From Phoronis australis (taxonomy: Eukaryota > Animalia > Phoronida): a stretch of DNA of 64,000 bases. The position numbers were made by a program, and so were the translations under genes. The DNA is taken from NCBI GenBank assembly GCA_002633005.1, contig NMRA01000233.1, positions 372,001 to 436,000 of the forward strand, written 5' to 3'. Below, in pieces: positions 49,990-63,637 of this stretch (its first letter is position 1; every line of letters begins with the position of its first letter). Under the pieces are notes generated by a model that saw only the letters and a program-made list of their open reading frames with translations, searched no databases and was not told where the DNA came from.

Positions 49990-52030
49990 CATGTAACATA
50001 TCAAGAACCCTTCACATCCTGGTATCTAGCAGAAACCACAACACTATTAAGAATTGTTTGTAACTCTCTACTTCACGTCTTTCTAAAACGTATTGGTTTG
50101 GAGAAACATGGACGGCGCAGCACTGAAAAAAGTGGGGGCTATAGCCACACCCGCAGCCCCCCATGGTGCGCGCCCATGATTGAAAGCCCTTTCTTGTTTT
50201 AGGAATGAGATTGTATGTCATCTGAAAATGACAGCATAGTGGTGACTTTCGATTTCCTTCAAACTAAGTGTGTTCTTCATCATCAGCGCGTTGTCGTCAT
50301 TTTCTGTTTGTGCTAGTTTCATTCTAGGAATGGTTAACTTTCTGATGTTAAACTTCGCAGTGTAAGATGTCTGCTAATCATCTGGCAGCGGGGTGTTTGT
50401 ACAACACTGTTTAATCTCTTCCCCATCTCAGACCACAATCTACGCGCTTCTTGTAGTGATGAAGCGATTTCCGTCGAATTCAGAATGATTTATGAACACA
50501 CAATTTACATTTAGATAATAAATTTTGAAATCTATAGCGTTTCTCAAATCCCACATACTTTTAACAACACCATTATCTGTAAAACAATACGAGCTGGATA
50601 CATGTATGAGCGTTTCAATTACTTAATCTGCTGTCTTATGTAATAAATTATTTTCAATGCCGTATACTCAGTTAGCATTGGCTTTCACTAGAAACATTTA
50701 GGCCTATTCACATGTTTACGCCTATACTACAACTGAAACAGCTATGTAACAATCACTTCCTCGACAGTTTTGAGGTGTTCCGTCTTGGAAAACATTTCAT
50801 CTTCTTTTGCACCTCGTTCATAATTTCTAAATGTACATCTTACTTCTTGTTTATCCACTGAGGCGGTAATTGTTGTTCATTTGACACGGGTGTTTACCAA
50901 GCTGGTGCTATAGAATGTCAACGTGGCCGAACCAGATTCTTTTGCTTCTACTAGTTTTTCATTCTTGTTTTAGTCTTTTGACAGGTGACACATTTCTCCG
51001 TCAAATGAATCATTAAGGTGAGCTTGACATCACCCCAACCAGACGTGCGCTTGTTGCTGTCATGTTATACCACTTGCACAGTGATGAACATCTCGCAGGT
51101 GAAAACATGCAATACAACGTTCGTTTTTCGTGTATTTTGAAATAAATGAAATACAAATACTTAAACAATAGCGCCTGGCTGTCGTATTTGATCATTTCAT
51201 AAGCCCACAATTGTAAAGCAAATAAAAAAGTAGATCCTTTGTTAAAAATCGTTTGAGTTTCGTTTTTCTATGTATTTTGGATGTAATTTGTAGAATAAGT
51301 ATTTTAAAAATGGCGTCTGGGGGCCATATTGCATTGTATATGCATTCATTAATGAAGCAATGACATAAAAATTCTCTCGGATTCGAAAACATGTACACAA
51401 AGTTCGCAGTGTTCCGTGTGGATCTGTTTTTAAGCGTGTTTCATGATATTAGCTGCAGTAATTGTGAAAAATGTCAGCATTTAACTTATCTCAGAACATC
51501 GGTTTAAACCGAATCTTTTGGATACTGTGATAACTTTTGAGATGTTTTTAGAAACTTCACATTTTGAATAGTATCTAAAATTGGGTCTTATTAGACTTTC
51601 GTGAAAAAAACTCAAAGGCCTAAAGGATAATTCAGAAAACTAAGACCTACACAGCACTGATTAAGTCAAGTCGAAATCGAAAATTTCAAACCGGAGTAAA
51701 TCATGTGAACAACGGCGAAGCTTCTTGTTGAAGTAATCAGTAGATTCCACTCTGGCCATGGCTTTTCGTGTGCGGTTTGGAATCCTGACTCGTCTTGTTA
51801 AAGAAACTAAGGCCCGCCTAAAAACACGAGGTCTTAAGAGCGAGTCCTCAATCATTATTTTACTGGAAGATGGACTAAACCCTTAATACTCCAGTCTACT
51901 AGTGCAAGGATATCTATAACGATTCCTTTTCTACTGTAAAATTAACAATTGCAGATGTATTTTATTTTGATCTAATAAAATTGAGGAAATTTAAAAGAAC
52001 TGTCCAGTGTAACAGTGGTTTCTGAGAGGA

Positions 52031-52114
52031 TGACGTCATTTTATTTCCCGTTGGCAGATCATTGGCATGCGTCATTAGAAGTACACGTGAAAAAAACGTC
52101 ATAGTCTGTGACGT
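52031..52114 (+). promoter_or_regulatory. CRE/ATF-site cluster immediately upstream of the 52142 ATG
   Basis: TGACGTCA 52031-52038, ATTGG 52061-52065, TGCGTCA 52068-52074, CACGTG 52084-52089, ACGTCA 52096-52101, TGACGT 52109-52114. Confidence 0.6.
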
Positions 52115-52141
52115 ATATTGTTGTATTGAATCGTATCCAAG

Positions 52142-55100
52142 ATGGTCGATTTGAAGTTGCTCGGTTTATTTGCAGTGAAAAAGAAGTGAGTTCTTAACGA
52201 AAATTTAATAGACCTTAACTCAATATCGTTAAAAAATGAGCCAATAACATGCTGTTATTTTAAATGAACTTTTATCATCAGTTCTTTTAAGTCAATAGCT
52301 GCTACAAGGTATTTTTGTTCTTTTAGTGAGAAGAAGAAGGAATTGGCTTTGACCAAGCGTTTGGTTAAAAGAAATAAAGGCGAAATAAAGACCACGAAAA
52401 AGATGATCAAGTGTAAGTGCAGGTCAAACAATATGCTGACAGGGTATCACTGTGTCCCCAATGCTTCTAGCAGTAACACTGGGAAGCGATGATGAACCTG
52501 GCTTCTCATTGGTTAAGAGAACTAAAAAACAAAACATTCGAACATTGCCATTAATCGGAAGTTCAGAAATGCCTTTGTCACTTAATGGCTAACACAAATT
52601 CGTGTTCTACGACTTACTTATTCGACAACAAGGTACCAAGTGTAACAATAGAACCGTTCACTGTATTTTGGCGTTTCAGAACATCATCCTTGCACGATGA
52701 CGCTCTTCCAAAGACGTGAAAAAGTATCTAAAAACGCAACAGCTTGTGTATTGCTGACTAGTGTGAATAGCACCGCAATGGTGTTGTTTGTTTGTTTGTT
52801 TGTTTGTTGGTTTGTTGTACGTTGGGCAGATGGCCACGTGTACAAATAAAGATGTGACAGAATAGATAAGACCCGGTTATCATTTCAGATTGTAGTTACT
52901 TAGTTTAAAAAGAACCAGTATTGGATTTGGCTAGTCTGCGAAAATTGTCAACTTTGTTGCCTAATATAATGTTTATTTAATTGATTGACTGATACTAGGC
53001 CCTATTTAGTTGTTATATGGCAGCGTACAAAACATACGACTGAATACCAGTAAATCAAACCACAGGTTAGTTCAGTTATATTCAAAGAGTGTAAACTACC
53101 TTAATTTCAATGAGCTGTTTCTTGTTCGAAAAACGTCACAAACGCAAATCAAATTCGGTAAACTTAATGTTCAGTAATAGATTGAAATAAATGCACAGTC
53201 GATTAACAATGCATCATGGGTATAAATAAGACGGAGTTGGCGAGAAATCTTAACATATGAATTTACGCGCCGTCTACTGGTAGTCCAACATGAAAAAGAT
53301 ACGCATCAAAGTCGAGAACTTTCCACACCTGGTCAGAATTTCGCTGTATTTAAGCATTTTGTTTCTGAAATCTGTGAACAATTCAGCCTCCCATCGCTGA
53401 GACAGAGAACTGGTCCAATTTGTAACGTCGCCCAAAATTATTTGGCAAAGTACAAAGTTAAGTGTGCATTAACATACAGAAAATTTGAGTTATACATGCA
53501 CAGTACAGGTTCGTGAATATCTTGTCCAACGAGCGGCAAAGACCTAGGTGGCTCCCGGACGTCAGGAGGGCAGTCAAACACTCAACGAATCGGTTCACAT
53601 ATCAGTCCTTAAATCCCAACTCGTGAACTGTTCTTTATTCTGTACAACGCGATTACATTGGGCCTCAACGTTCACCTGTACACTCCTGCTCTCAACAGAC
53701 TTCCCTGCGAGGAAGTGAATCGTCAACACCCTTTTCCCCCAGTCCTGACTTGATCCGTCAGAATTATTATATCTATGGACAGAGTTACCGTGTATCGATA
53801 GGGTTAGTACGTTTATTCATAGTTGCTTTCTCTGCCGATAGAGTTAATAACACTATAGATGCAGTCAGGAATGAGGAAATCTCCCGTGCTAATTTTTGCA
53901 AGCATTGTAGATATTACTAGTTCTTTTGGCATAGACGACGAAATTGTATACCTCATGAACTCTTTCGGCCTCCTTGGTTTGGTGGCCATCCTCAAACCGA
54001 TTACTGTTGAATTCTTGGAGGTGTGATGTCACGATCGGAATGAACAGAGCAACAAACCTGGTTCTTCCTAAGATGGCGTTATAAGCTGTGTCCAGTTGGA
54101 ATATTGTCCCACATGTCTATCCATACATGTAACGCCATTCTACAGAAGAGCCAGGTTTTCTAGCTCCGCCCATTCCGTTCGTGATGACACACGTCCGGAT
54201 GTTCAATAGCCATTAATATGAGGGTGGCCGCGGCCAAATCAAAGAGGCCGAAAATGATGTTGACGAGGTATACAAATTTTCGTCTTCCATGCCAAAAGAA
54301 TTTTTAGCAATCATGTATATTCTGGGCGGATGAATTTATTTCAGTACACTGTACACATACTTTATTTTTATGCTTTTAATAATTAAGTGAAAATGTGTCA
54401 TTGCTCCCTGTATAATGTGCAATTTTATTGTCAAACTGGGACCCCCCTTGGCGAGCATATCACCAAAATAATCAAATATAGGAATATCATTCTTAAAATG
54501 GGCCAGTGACACTGAGTTTTAATATGCCGAAAAGGAAGCATTTCACTTGTTAATGAAGCCAAAGACATGCAAACCGAATTATGGTGAACTGGGTTTGACT
54601 GTCAAGAGTACGGATTGTGTCTATTCATGCTTCATTGCCCTTCTTCAGTGCTTGAAAAAACAGCTGGTTTATTTCCCGACTCCATGAGGCAAATTTTACA
54701 AAAACTTGAAAGGACGGGCGAACAATATCAGAAGTCTATCTCCGACACCAAAGCGTCCATTGCTTGGATGAAGTCGTAAGTTCTTTGCCGCTGTTGTTTT
54801 ATTCGTCGCCAGGCTGCTATCTCGTACCCTAACTCGAAAGCATATTTGTGCCTAAAATGTGTAGCTTGATATACTGACCTTTTGCCAATTTTACCGTTTA
54901 CTTGTAGAATAGAAATGATGACGAAACGTGTTGTTGCTGTCATGACCTGTCAATCTATTTTAATGCTGTTGTCTCGGATGTAATGTTGCAGCACGATTGA
55001 TGACGTGCTTATGTTACAAATAAGGATGGAAGACATCAACACAAAGATTAGGAAAGCCAAAGAGGTAAGAATAGACAAATTTTGAAATCACTTATGCGGA

Positions 55101-57981
55101 TTAATAGCTAACGTGACTCTGGTAACTGAATCCAGGGTCATTATTGAAATTTCAAAAATCATAGACTACATCCACCACCAAACCTGGACCTTAATGATGC
55201 AGTCGTCACAAATACAAAGGATTGAAGTGCAAAGCAGCGCCGCCTGTCGTTACGGACATGCTGTACAAGCAGTACATCACTACTTCAAATTTCATTCCAG
55301 AAAGAGAGAGTCAATAAGGAAAAGTATGAGACCCTGGAGCCTATACCTGCCTATGAAATTACACCGTATCAATTGTATAAGAGGGGCAAGGCACAATATA
55401 AGCTTGAGCGTGCAACCAGGGAAATTCAGAGTCTGACTGATGATCTGAATAAGCTAAATTCAGACTACGCTACGGTAAGTTAGCCAGCATAATATTTAAT
55501 AATAGTACTGCGCTCCTTGATCGCTAAATAAAAATGGTAATAGAAAGGTCAATGTGATGAACTTGAATTGGAATTGATTTCATGACGTGGACTTCTTGAA
55601 TTAGTAGTCCATACTGAGAGGTTGTTGTTTTTACATAAGGCCAAAAAAGCAGGAAACCTGTCTGAAAAATGTCAGTTCGCAGACACGCCGGCACATACAG
55701 AAATCCATAGAAACTCAAGTTTGTCAAAATTTTGCAACGATACCTGAGGTTATTGCGAGGCCCAAATGAACCTTGCAACCGGGTGCTTAGGCATTCAGCA
55801 GAAGTCGGCTAAAGAAAAAAGAGAACACTATATCATTATGCCGAGATATCAACAAATTCCACACACGCCTATTTCCCCACGTCATTTCATGAAAAACATC
55901 CCTGCAGAAAAGTAATGTCATGATTTCAGAGAGAAGGCGTCAAAAGTGAATCAACCCCTTAGTCGTTTTTATCACACCTAGTTCTCACTTCTACGCGCCA
56001 TATTTGGAAACGAAGTTAGTCCGGCGTAGAGGATTTTACAACGTGAGGCAGAAAAAACGACCAAATCGGTTTTCTTGAACTGTTCTTTATAGAAGCAGAT
56101 TTCATTAATTTGGAGCTCGAATTCTTGTGAATGTCACTTGAACGGAATAGGGGATGGTTATTTTAAAATCCAGGTATGTACCGTGGTAACTGCGAAGGTG
56201 CCAAATTCCTGATTTTTTTAAATAATTGCTCTGGAAAACGACTGATATGCGTGTGTGTTTTTGTTTTAAGTTCGAGTCGATGGTGAGCTATTCATTTGTC
56301 CCTCAATTTTTTCAAAAAAGAAAAACCATCAGCCTAGACGAGCAAAATGTTTTACTCAACTTTGACCAGTTTTCTACGGAGAAAGGCTGGCGCAGTCATC
56401 GTTGTATCCCTGGTGGCGATAGCAAACATGGGAATTGCGTCATGATCCAGTCTGTTGTCAAATAGCGATGCAAATCTCCTTTAGAATATTATAATTCGCC
56501 AATCACTTTTTTCAAACTATTCTTATCCATCCTTACTACCTTCCTGTTTGCATATTTTCAAAAAACACGACACATTGGCTGTAATTGTTGTGGGTGAGCG
56601 CTCTTTAATATTCTCCCTTCAATCAGCTAGCGGAGGTCTCAATATGAGTCGTGGTGTAGACCAGAACCGACTATACTTTGTTTAGCCTCATCAAAAAGGC
56701 AACGATATCTGCAGTGCATTTACAGTGACGGTACCATTTGTTAATTCCGATTTTACCGTAAACTTTGAATCTCTGTCCACGTACAGAATGGGTGTCGGTG
56801 ATGAATGAAATTTAAAAACAAAATAATTAAGGTTTGTTGTCGTTGTTTGTGATTCACATTTCAAGCTCTGGTATTGGATTCATATTCATTATCGATGTTG
56901 GTGACTGGTATTAATACACTGGACCTGTACTTGAATTTTAAGGTTATGTAATGTCGACCATGAGTGCATGTAAGGTGCACATGTTCAGGGTCTATCTACA
57001 CCGAAATGTCACTAATAGCACCAGTGATACCTAAAATGGTCACTACACATGCTCATAAAAGGCGACCATTTATTGAAGTTCAAAACCTCGAGTTCGAATT
57101 CAGTTCCATCCGACTACCGGAAGTCACAGGGGAATAGTGATGAACAAACTCTTAATTCTCTTCAAATTTTTATCTTAATTAGCACGAGAAAGCCATAAAA
57201 AAGGACATCGGAACCAAAGAATTGTGGTAAGGAAACAAATTTATGAATCTTGCCAACGATTTATCGGACTATGGTGTTCTTGTAAACAAGTTAGTTTGCT
57301 TGAAGCTGCGTGCATGTTCTGTTAATACGATGTACTTTCAAATTGGAGAAGGCAGCATGGCCCACTGAGTACAGAGGGCCTCCTGCGTATCTTCAAATTC
57401 CATCTGATCACACTGCTAGACACTTGAGTCACGTCGGAATTTGTGTATACATGTACGTATGTGCTAATAAATGAAAAATGATTTCCGGTGTTATGTGCAC
57501 TAGGCTCGACTGAGTGGCCTGTGCACGTCTGATGCAACGTGTATCCATAGACCACTTGTACAAATTTTTACTTTCAAATTTCAGGAGATTATCATTAGCT
57601 GGTAAACGTCGCGCATGCTGCGGAACGGAGGATTGTCCACGAGAGGACAAACAGACAGAGACGATGGTTCCAGAGATGTGTGACAAGTCAATACAGACGA
57701 CAGAAGACGACGAGGAACTCGCCGAATGCGTCACCACCATGCTGGGAGCTCTCTTCGAACAGGCAATCATGTCCTTTCTGATACGGGAGAAAATTGAAAC
57801 TGTTTCAACCCCAGCAGACGATAATAAGTCCGATTCCATTACGGCACTTGAAGGTGCGACGTGTGCTGACTGGCATAAAATCGAGGTACGTGAGGCTCCT
57901 GAAGCTGTGGACGGCCTGGAGAAGGGAGACTCCCTAACATATGGGAGCCCAGAAAAACTTTTGCCATTTTCAATCATGTAA
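52142..57981 (+). CDS. Uncharacterised 7-exon, 314-aa protein: basic coiled-coil N-half, acidic C-half with TQT-like motifs
   Basis: Exons 52142-52185, 52327-52412, 54649-54775, 54992-55064, 55301-55474, 57183-57226, 57585-57981. All GT-AG with polypyrimidine tracts, phases 2,1,2,0,0,2 consistent, 945 nt open from aagATGG to TAA; AATAAA at 58048-58053. Confidence 0.85.
53913..54311. mobile_element. Degenerate fold-back MITE in intron 2 of the 52142 gene
   Basis: ttcttttggcatagacgacgaaattgtatacctc...ttcggcctc, mirrored by gaggccgaa...gaggtatacaaattttcgtcttccatgccaaaagaa. Confidence 0.7.
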
Positions 57982-58223
57982 TTTAGGATACTTTGTTTTT
58001 ATGTTTCGTTTCGTTTTGTATTTCGTTGGTTTCATTAGTTGGTTACCAATAAAGTATTTATCTTATGCCACGTGTGCTTCAACTTTGCTTAGAAAGCTCT
58101 CAGAATGTTGCCTGTCTTGAAATATCTGCTGCAGTCACCCAGTAGGTTATACAGTATTCATGCTCATGCCGTCCAATAGCAAGGCAGATCGGACGTCTAC
58201 TCCGTAAATGATTGCTTAACCAA

Positions 58224-58340
58224 GGAGGCAGTGTGGCCTAGAGTGATATGTGCCTGCTCTCTTTACTAGATGTCGTGGGTTCGAGTCCCACTGCTAAACC
58301 CTTGAGTCGGGTTTCTAGCTCCTCAGCTCGGGTTCAACTA
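58224..58340 (+). mobile_element. tRNA-derived SINE head
   Basis: A-box-like TGGCCTAGAGTG and B-box GGTTCGAGTCC; no intact cloverleaf. Confidence 0.5.
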
Positions 58341-58519
58341 TGTATTAATAAAGCATAAAAATGGTTCCATGTGATCAGTGCAATGGGCCCACATGCGCGA
58401 CCTGTGCACATCTGACGGGTACAACGTGTATCAGACCGCCTGCACTTATTTTTTTTTTAAAGCGCAACCACCGCCGGGTGATTTGAGACTAGATTTGGCG
58501 AGGCTTCTGTAGCAACCGA

Positions 58520-59990
58520 GATACAGCATAGTTCGTACAGTGCACTCGATTTCGTGTATTCAGCACTTCTTCGGCAAACACAGTTTTGCCTATTCGCAAA
58601 TTTTAATTGAATTGTTCAGAGCGTTAGGTACGTTTATATGACGAGTAGTATACGCAGTACTGTGAAATAAGAAAGAGGTGAGTCGTGAAACAAATGGTGC
58701 GCAAGCTAGATTAATTTTGATTTTAATTGAAATTATTTAGACAAATACCATCATGAAATGAATTTGATGGAATCCAATTCAGTCAAACGTGATTGACAAG
58801 CGATGGTCTTTGAACCTGACGATAAACGCAATTGAAGGTTTTCTATATTTAAGCAATGTGACTATTACCTTAGGACGTCAGTTGTACAAAATGGCGAATT
58901 TCGAATATTTTGATTGGAGGTATAAACATTACAAACAATTTTTAATTTAGACAGCTTACCGTTAAGAAATTGGTTTGAAAAATCCTGTTGTCAATTTTGA
59001 GATGATACTAAGGCTTTGGGACAATTGGCAGCTCGTTATTATTTGAGACTCTACAAGTAGGCTTGTCTTAGGGTGACATTTTTACTTACTCACGGCGCTG
59101 AGCGTACTCTTAGGGAAAAATCCTGGAATGGCGTCTCCTCTCAGTAAGGAACAGATTCTGACCAATTTTAGGACGCGGGTAAGTGATCTAAATCCTTACA
59201 AAAATGGAATCGTGAAGTAAGTCACCGCATACATACATACATACATACATACANGATACAGCATAGTTCGTACAGTGCACTCGATTTCGTGTATTCAGCA
59301 CTTCTTCGTCAAACCCAGTTTTGCCTATTCGCAAATTTTAATTGAATTGTTCAGAGCGTTAGGTACGTTTATATGACGAGTAGTATACGCAGTACTGAAA
59401 TAAGAAAGAGGTGAGTCGTGAAACAAATGGTGCGCAAGCTAGATTAATTTTGATTTTAATTGAAATTATTTAGACAAATACCATCATGAAATGAATTTGA
59501 TGGAATCCAATTCAGTCAAACGTGATTGACAAGCGATGGTCTTTGAACCTGACGATAAACGCAATTGAAGTTTTTCTATATTTAAGCAATGTGACTATTA
59601 CCTTAGGACGTCCAGTTGTACAAAATGGCGAATTTCGAATATTTTGATTGGAGGTATAAACATTACAAACAATTTTTAATTTAGACAGCTTACCATTAAG
59701 AAATTGGTTTGAAAAATTCTGTTGTCAATTTTGAGATGATACTAAGGCTTTGGGACAATTGGCAGCTCGTTATTATCTGAGACTCTACAAGTAGGCTTGT
59801 CCTAGGGTGACATTTTTACTTACTCACGGCGCTGAGCGTACTCTCAGGGAAAAATCCTGGAATGGCGTCTCCTCTCAGTAAGGAACAGATTCTGACCAAT
59901 TTTAGGACGCGGGTAAGTGATCTAAATCCTTACAAAAATGGAATCGTGAAGTAAGTCACCGCATAGATACATACATACATACATACACAC
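58520..59990. repeat. ~735-bp near-identical tandem duplication joined at a single N (probable assembly artefact)
   Basis: 58520-59253 and 59255-~59990 differ only by scattered SNPs and small indels; N at 59254 follows a (CATA)n run. Confidence 0.9.
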
Positions 59991-60112
59991 ATACATACAT
60001 AGATACATACATACCTACATTGTACATACGTACGTACACACACACATACGTACGTACGTAGGTACACACAAGCGCGCGCGGGCGCGTACCTACGTACGTA
60101 CGCACGCACGTA

Positions 60113-60164
<52 letters not shown>

Positions 60165-60186
60165 CACACATATATATGTACATACA
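59962..60186. repeat. Compound microsatellite (CATA)n/(CGTA)n/(CGCA)n/(CA)n
   Basis: Direct inspection. Confidence 0.95.
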
Positions 60187-62454
60187 GAACAATAGTACTT
60201 GCAAAATGTACCAGTTAAGAAATATCTTCGAATCAAAGTGCTTGTCATCTAAACTGGAACACAAAGGAAGGAGCGTCTTTAACAAAACGAAATGGTATCT
60301 TTAAAGCGGTATTCCGGCAAAGAAGCAAATTTTTGATTTAGACCACTCGATACAGCAGAAAAGCTGATCTACAAATGATCTTCACAATTTGCTCGATACC
60401 ACGACAGTTCGGCTCATGAAATAATGCACCAACTAGTATATCTAGGCTTAGAGAAATGGCAAACAGACATCTCTTTCCAAACTCATAAATCACGACCTCT
60501 AATGTGGCTCTGGAGCAATTTGAAACCAATTTCATAATGGTGAAGGGTTTCAATCAAAATTGAGTTTCTGCGACATAAGACTGATTTATAGTCGATTTTG
60601 TTTCAAATGTGTAACTCATACCTACTGACAACGTCACACTCATATACGCCTTTGATAAAAAGATTTGTGAATTCAAAAACGTCTAGAACGGTTCGGCAGT
60701 CTTTTCTTCTTCGGGAATCATGTGCGGTTTTAGTTCTTGAAGAGTGCTCTCTGAATTTCATTGAGGAAGAGACACATTGGAGGATTAGAATTCATGTAGA
60801 TTAGTTTTCGAATAAAACGTTCATGAAATAGTGCAACAGTACACAACCGTAAATTTGCTTCAATTCTCTGTTTACAGGCTAAAACGTCAGCTTTTAAAGC
60901 ACATTACTCAGCCGCACAAAATATGTTTCAACGCCGTCCACAATCTAAAAGAATGCGATATCTAACTCCAAATATACTGAGGGACATAAGTTTCGACAGG
61001 CCGGACAACATTTCGAAAACTAGTCCACTTCATATGTATGATCGGTGATTTCTCAGGTCCTTAATTGTGATGTTCTACCGACACGGAGAGGAGATCGAGA
61101 ACAAACGCCTTTGCCAAGGGTATCGGGAAATCCCAAAATCTACCACGTCTACGCCGAAGAAGTGGTCAGGTTGAAATTAAGATAACAACCAGGCTAGTTT
61201 CTCTTTGCGCGACCGACCTTGAAAACTAAAAAAATGCGATCTGACCACTGAATTATTGCCTCAGTTGTAAACATGAAATAGTTTCGCAAAGGCCGAATGA
61301 ACGCACACCTGCTATGAAAATTGGAAAATAAAGTATTTTGAATTCCCTATCAACCTATCCATCCCAGAGGCGTGAATATTGTTGGACGAGGGAAACCAAC
61401 AGTATTTTAAGAACATTCTTATCTCAGAATATAAATTAGGTCAGTCCTTACCTCACGCCTGTTGAATTTGATAGCATAGACTGGGACACTAGCTGAATAT
61501 TAATCGTAACTTCTTCAGCTGAACACTGGGCCGGACTGCTTCGGTCAGTGGTGAGTGATCAAAGTACAACTCTTGTATACACGATTGCTAACAAAACAAT
61601 GGTCAATGTTCTTGATGAACTTGAATGAACACGACGCCGGTTATTTCGAGCTTCGTCTTGATCTACTTCGTCTTAAGTCAGCATGACGAAGTCACACCAC
61701 GAACAATAACCAGTCTGTAAATAAGTGGCAGACGCAGAGACACAGGTAGGAACCTAGTGAACAGACTTTGGCTTAAACTTTTCAAAACAAAAATGTATGC
61801 GCACTTGCAGTGTGGTAATTGGAATACCCAATGAGACAAAAGATTGTCAGATTGTTTATCCACGTGGAAACGTTCTATTCATGAAGTGTCGTTTGCAATT
61901 TTACTGACAATTCTGTATTTTCGACAATCGCCCCTGAGAAAGAGACGCCATTTTTAACTTATGAACCTATGCAAATTACGTCATCTAACATGTAAACATA
62001 GGCCTGCGTTCCGTAGATCCGAGAATCTCGCGAAAACGTAAGATCACGCAAGACTTGGCGATATAGGCATGCATTACTAGCGAAGCCCGTGATCCCACTC
62101 ACTATTAATTTATAATTCGCGAGTCTTCCACAAACTTGACCTTTAGCTGTGGAAGCCCTGACAGTGACAATTCAGTGAACGGAATGAATTTACAAGTGAC
62201 GCATGTTAATACCATGTATTAGAGGAGCGCTTTGAATTTTAAGTGAACCAGCCTTCCGTCACAAACACTTTTGATTTAGACCTCAAGGCATCTAAGTAAT
62301 CAAATAGATTAAATATGAATGGGTCGCAAGTTGTACATTAGTAACATTAGAGGTCATTTACTGCGTGCATGAAAAAATGAAAACTCGTTTTGTGGCCAGG
62401 CTCTGTACAAGTTTGTTTGTCATGCGGCTGATTATTTTATTATTTATTATTGAT

Positions 62455-62579
<125 letters not shown>

Positions 62580-62683
62580 CTTTTTCATTATACTACTGTA
62601 TAACAACTGCAGGTTTACCGCTATGTGAGGCATGTGGCATTTTTTCAGAGCGAATCACATCGCAGCGCTCGTGATACACAAAG

Positions 62684-63637
62684 ATGGACAAAGTTTTTTG
62701 GCAGGCCGATGACGTCACGAAGTGGTTGGAAACACAAAAGTGGCAAAATTGGAAAACGTTTTTCCAAGAAAATGGTTATTTGGTAAGTGCTAATGCAACT
62801 AAGTAAAACAGTGATTTAGTTTTAACTACAATCCAGTTTAAAGAAACATTATCGGCGACAAAAAGAGATTTTCCGAGATCAGCCTAAACGAGGAATCGAA
62901 CCCGCGACTCCCGCGGTCGCAGTCTAACCCTGTGTTAGCGGAGCTCAATCCCGCAAGATATATAAAAAGATAAAGACATCTAGTGAGGGATTAGCAGAAG
63001 TTCTTGTGCAGACGACATAACGCCTTCAACTCAATATGTTTTGTATGAATTAGTTTCAGTTTTAGTTTACATGTGTCTTTAAGAGAAATGGACCCTATAC
63101 ATGGGTATTGAGAAGTCAATGAGACGTCCAAACAAGACTATGATTCTGAAAGCTGAACAATTTGAAATCAATGAGTCAACACCACAGTCTTCTCTCGCAT
63201 ACACAAGAATGCAGGAAACATCTTTATTTTAGGAACCAACAAAGAAGGTTCTAGAAGTCGTGTTTTAAGAGAGCTTGGCGTGCATTACATGGGAGTGTAT
63301 ACCATTTGCACTTCCCTAATTCGTGCAACAACATGCAACGACTGTTAAAGAACGAATGAATTGCCATTTCAAAATCGTATTTACATACGGCTGTGTGCGA
63401 TGGAGACGACACACGTATTGCAAAGATCAGTTCAAAGCACCTTTCCCTCACCTCTATTAAAGGAACATTTTTTAAAATTCCTTTCTTGTTTACTAAACAG
63501 TGATAATCCTTTGTTTCTCTAGGTCGTCAGAAACCTTCTAGATCAGGGAACGTTGAAGCAGTACCAGACGATCTACGATAAGATGCTCTGTGGTGCGATA
63601 GATACCACGCGCCACAGGATGGACCTCGGGTCACATG
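62684..63637 (+). CDS. Phytanoyl-CoA dioxygenase (PhyH)-family 2OG-Fe(II) oxygenase, first two coding exons (continues past window)
   Basis: Exons 62684-62782 and 63523-63637 splice to MDKVFWQADDVTKWLETQKWQNWKTFFQENGYL|VVRNLLDQGTLKQYQTIYDKMLCGAIDTTRHRMDLGSH. FxENGYLVVRNLL is the typical PhyH N-terminal motif; in-frame TGA upstream of the ATG; donors gtaagt and gtatta. Confidence 0.82.
62889..62952 (-). mobile_element. tRNA-derived SINE head (related copy at ~27587-27650)
   Basis: Minus strand ...GACTGCGACCGCGGGAGTCGCGGGTTCGATTCC (B-box); the 27600 copy shares GACTGCGACCGC and a TTCGAGTCC-like B-box. Confidence 0.5.

Noticed and set aside
58224-58295. Functional tRNA gene
   Set aside because: A and B boxes are present but there is no proper acceptor or anticodon stem; treated as a SINE head, as is 62889-62952
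59930-60285. CVRACV-repeat ORFs
   Set aside because: Microsatellite translation
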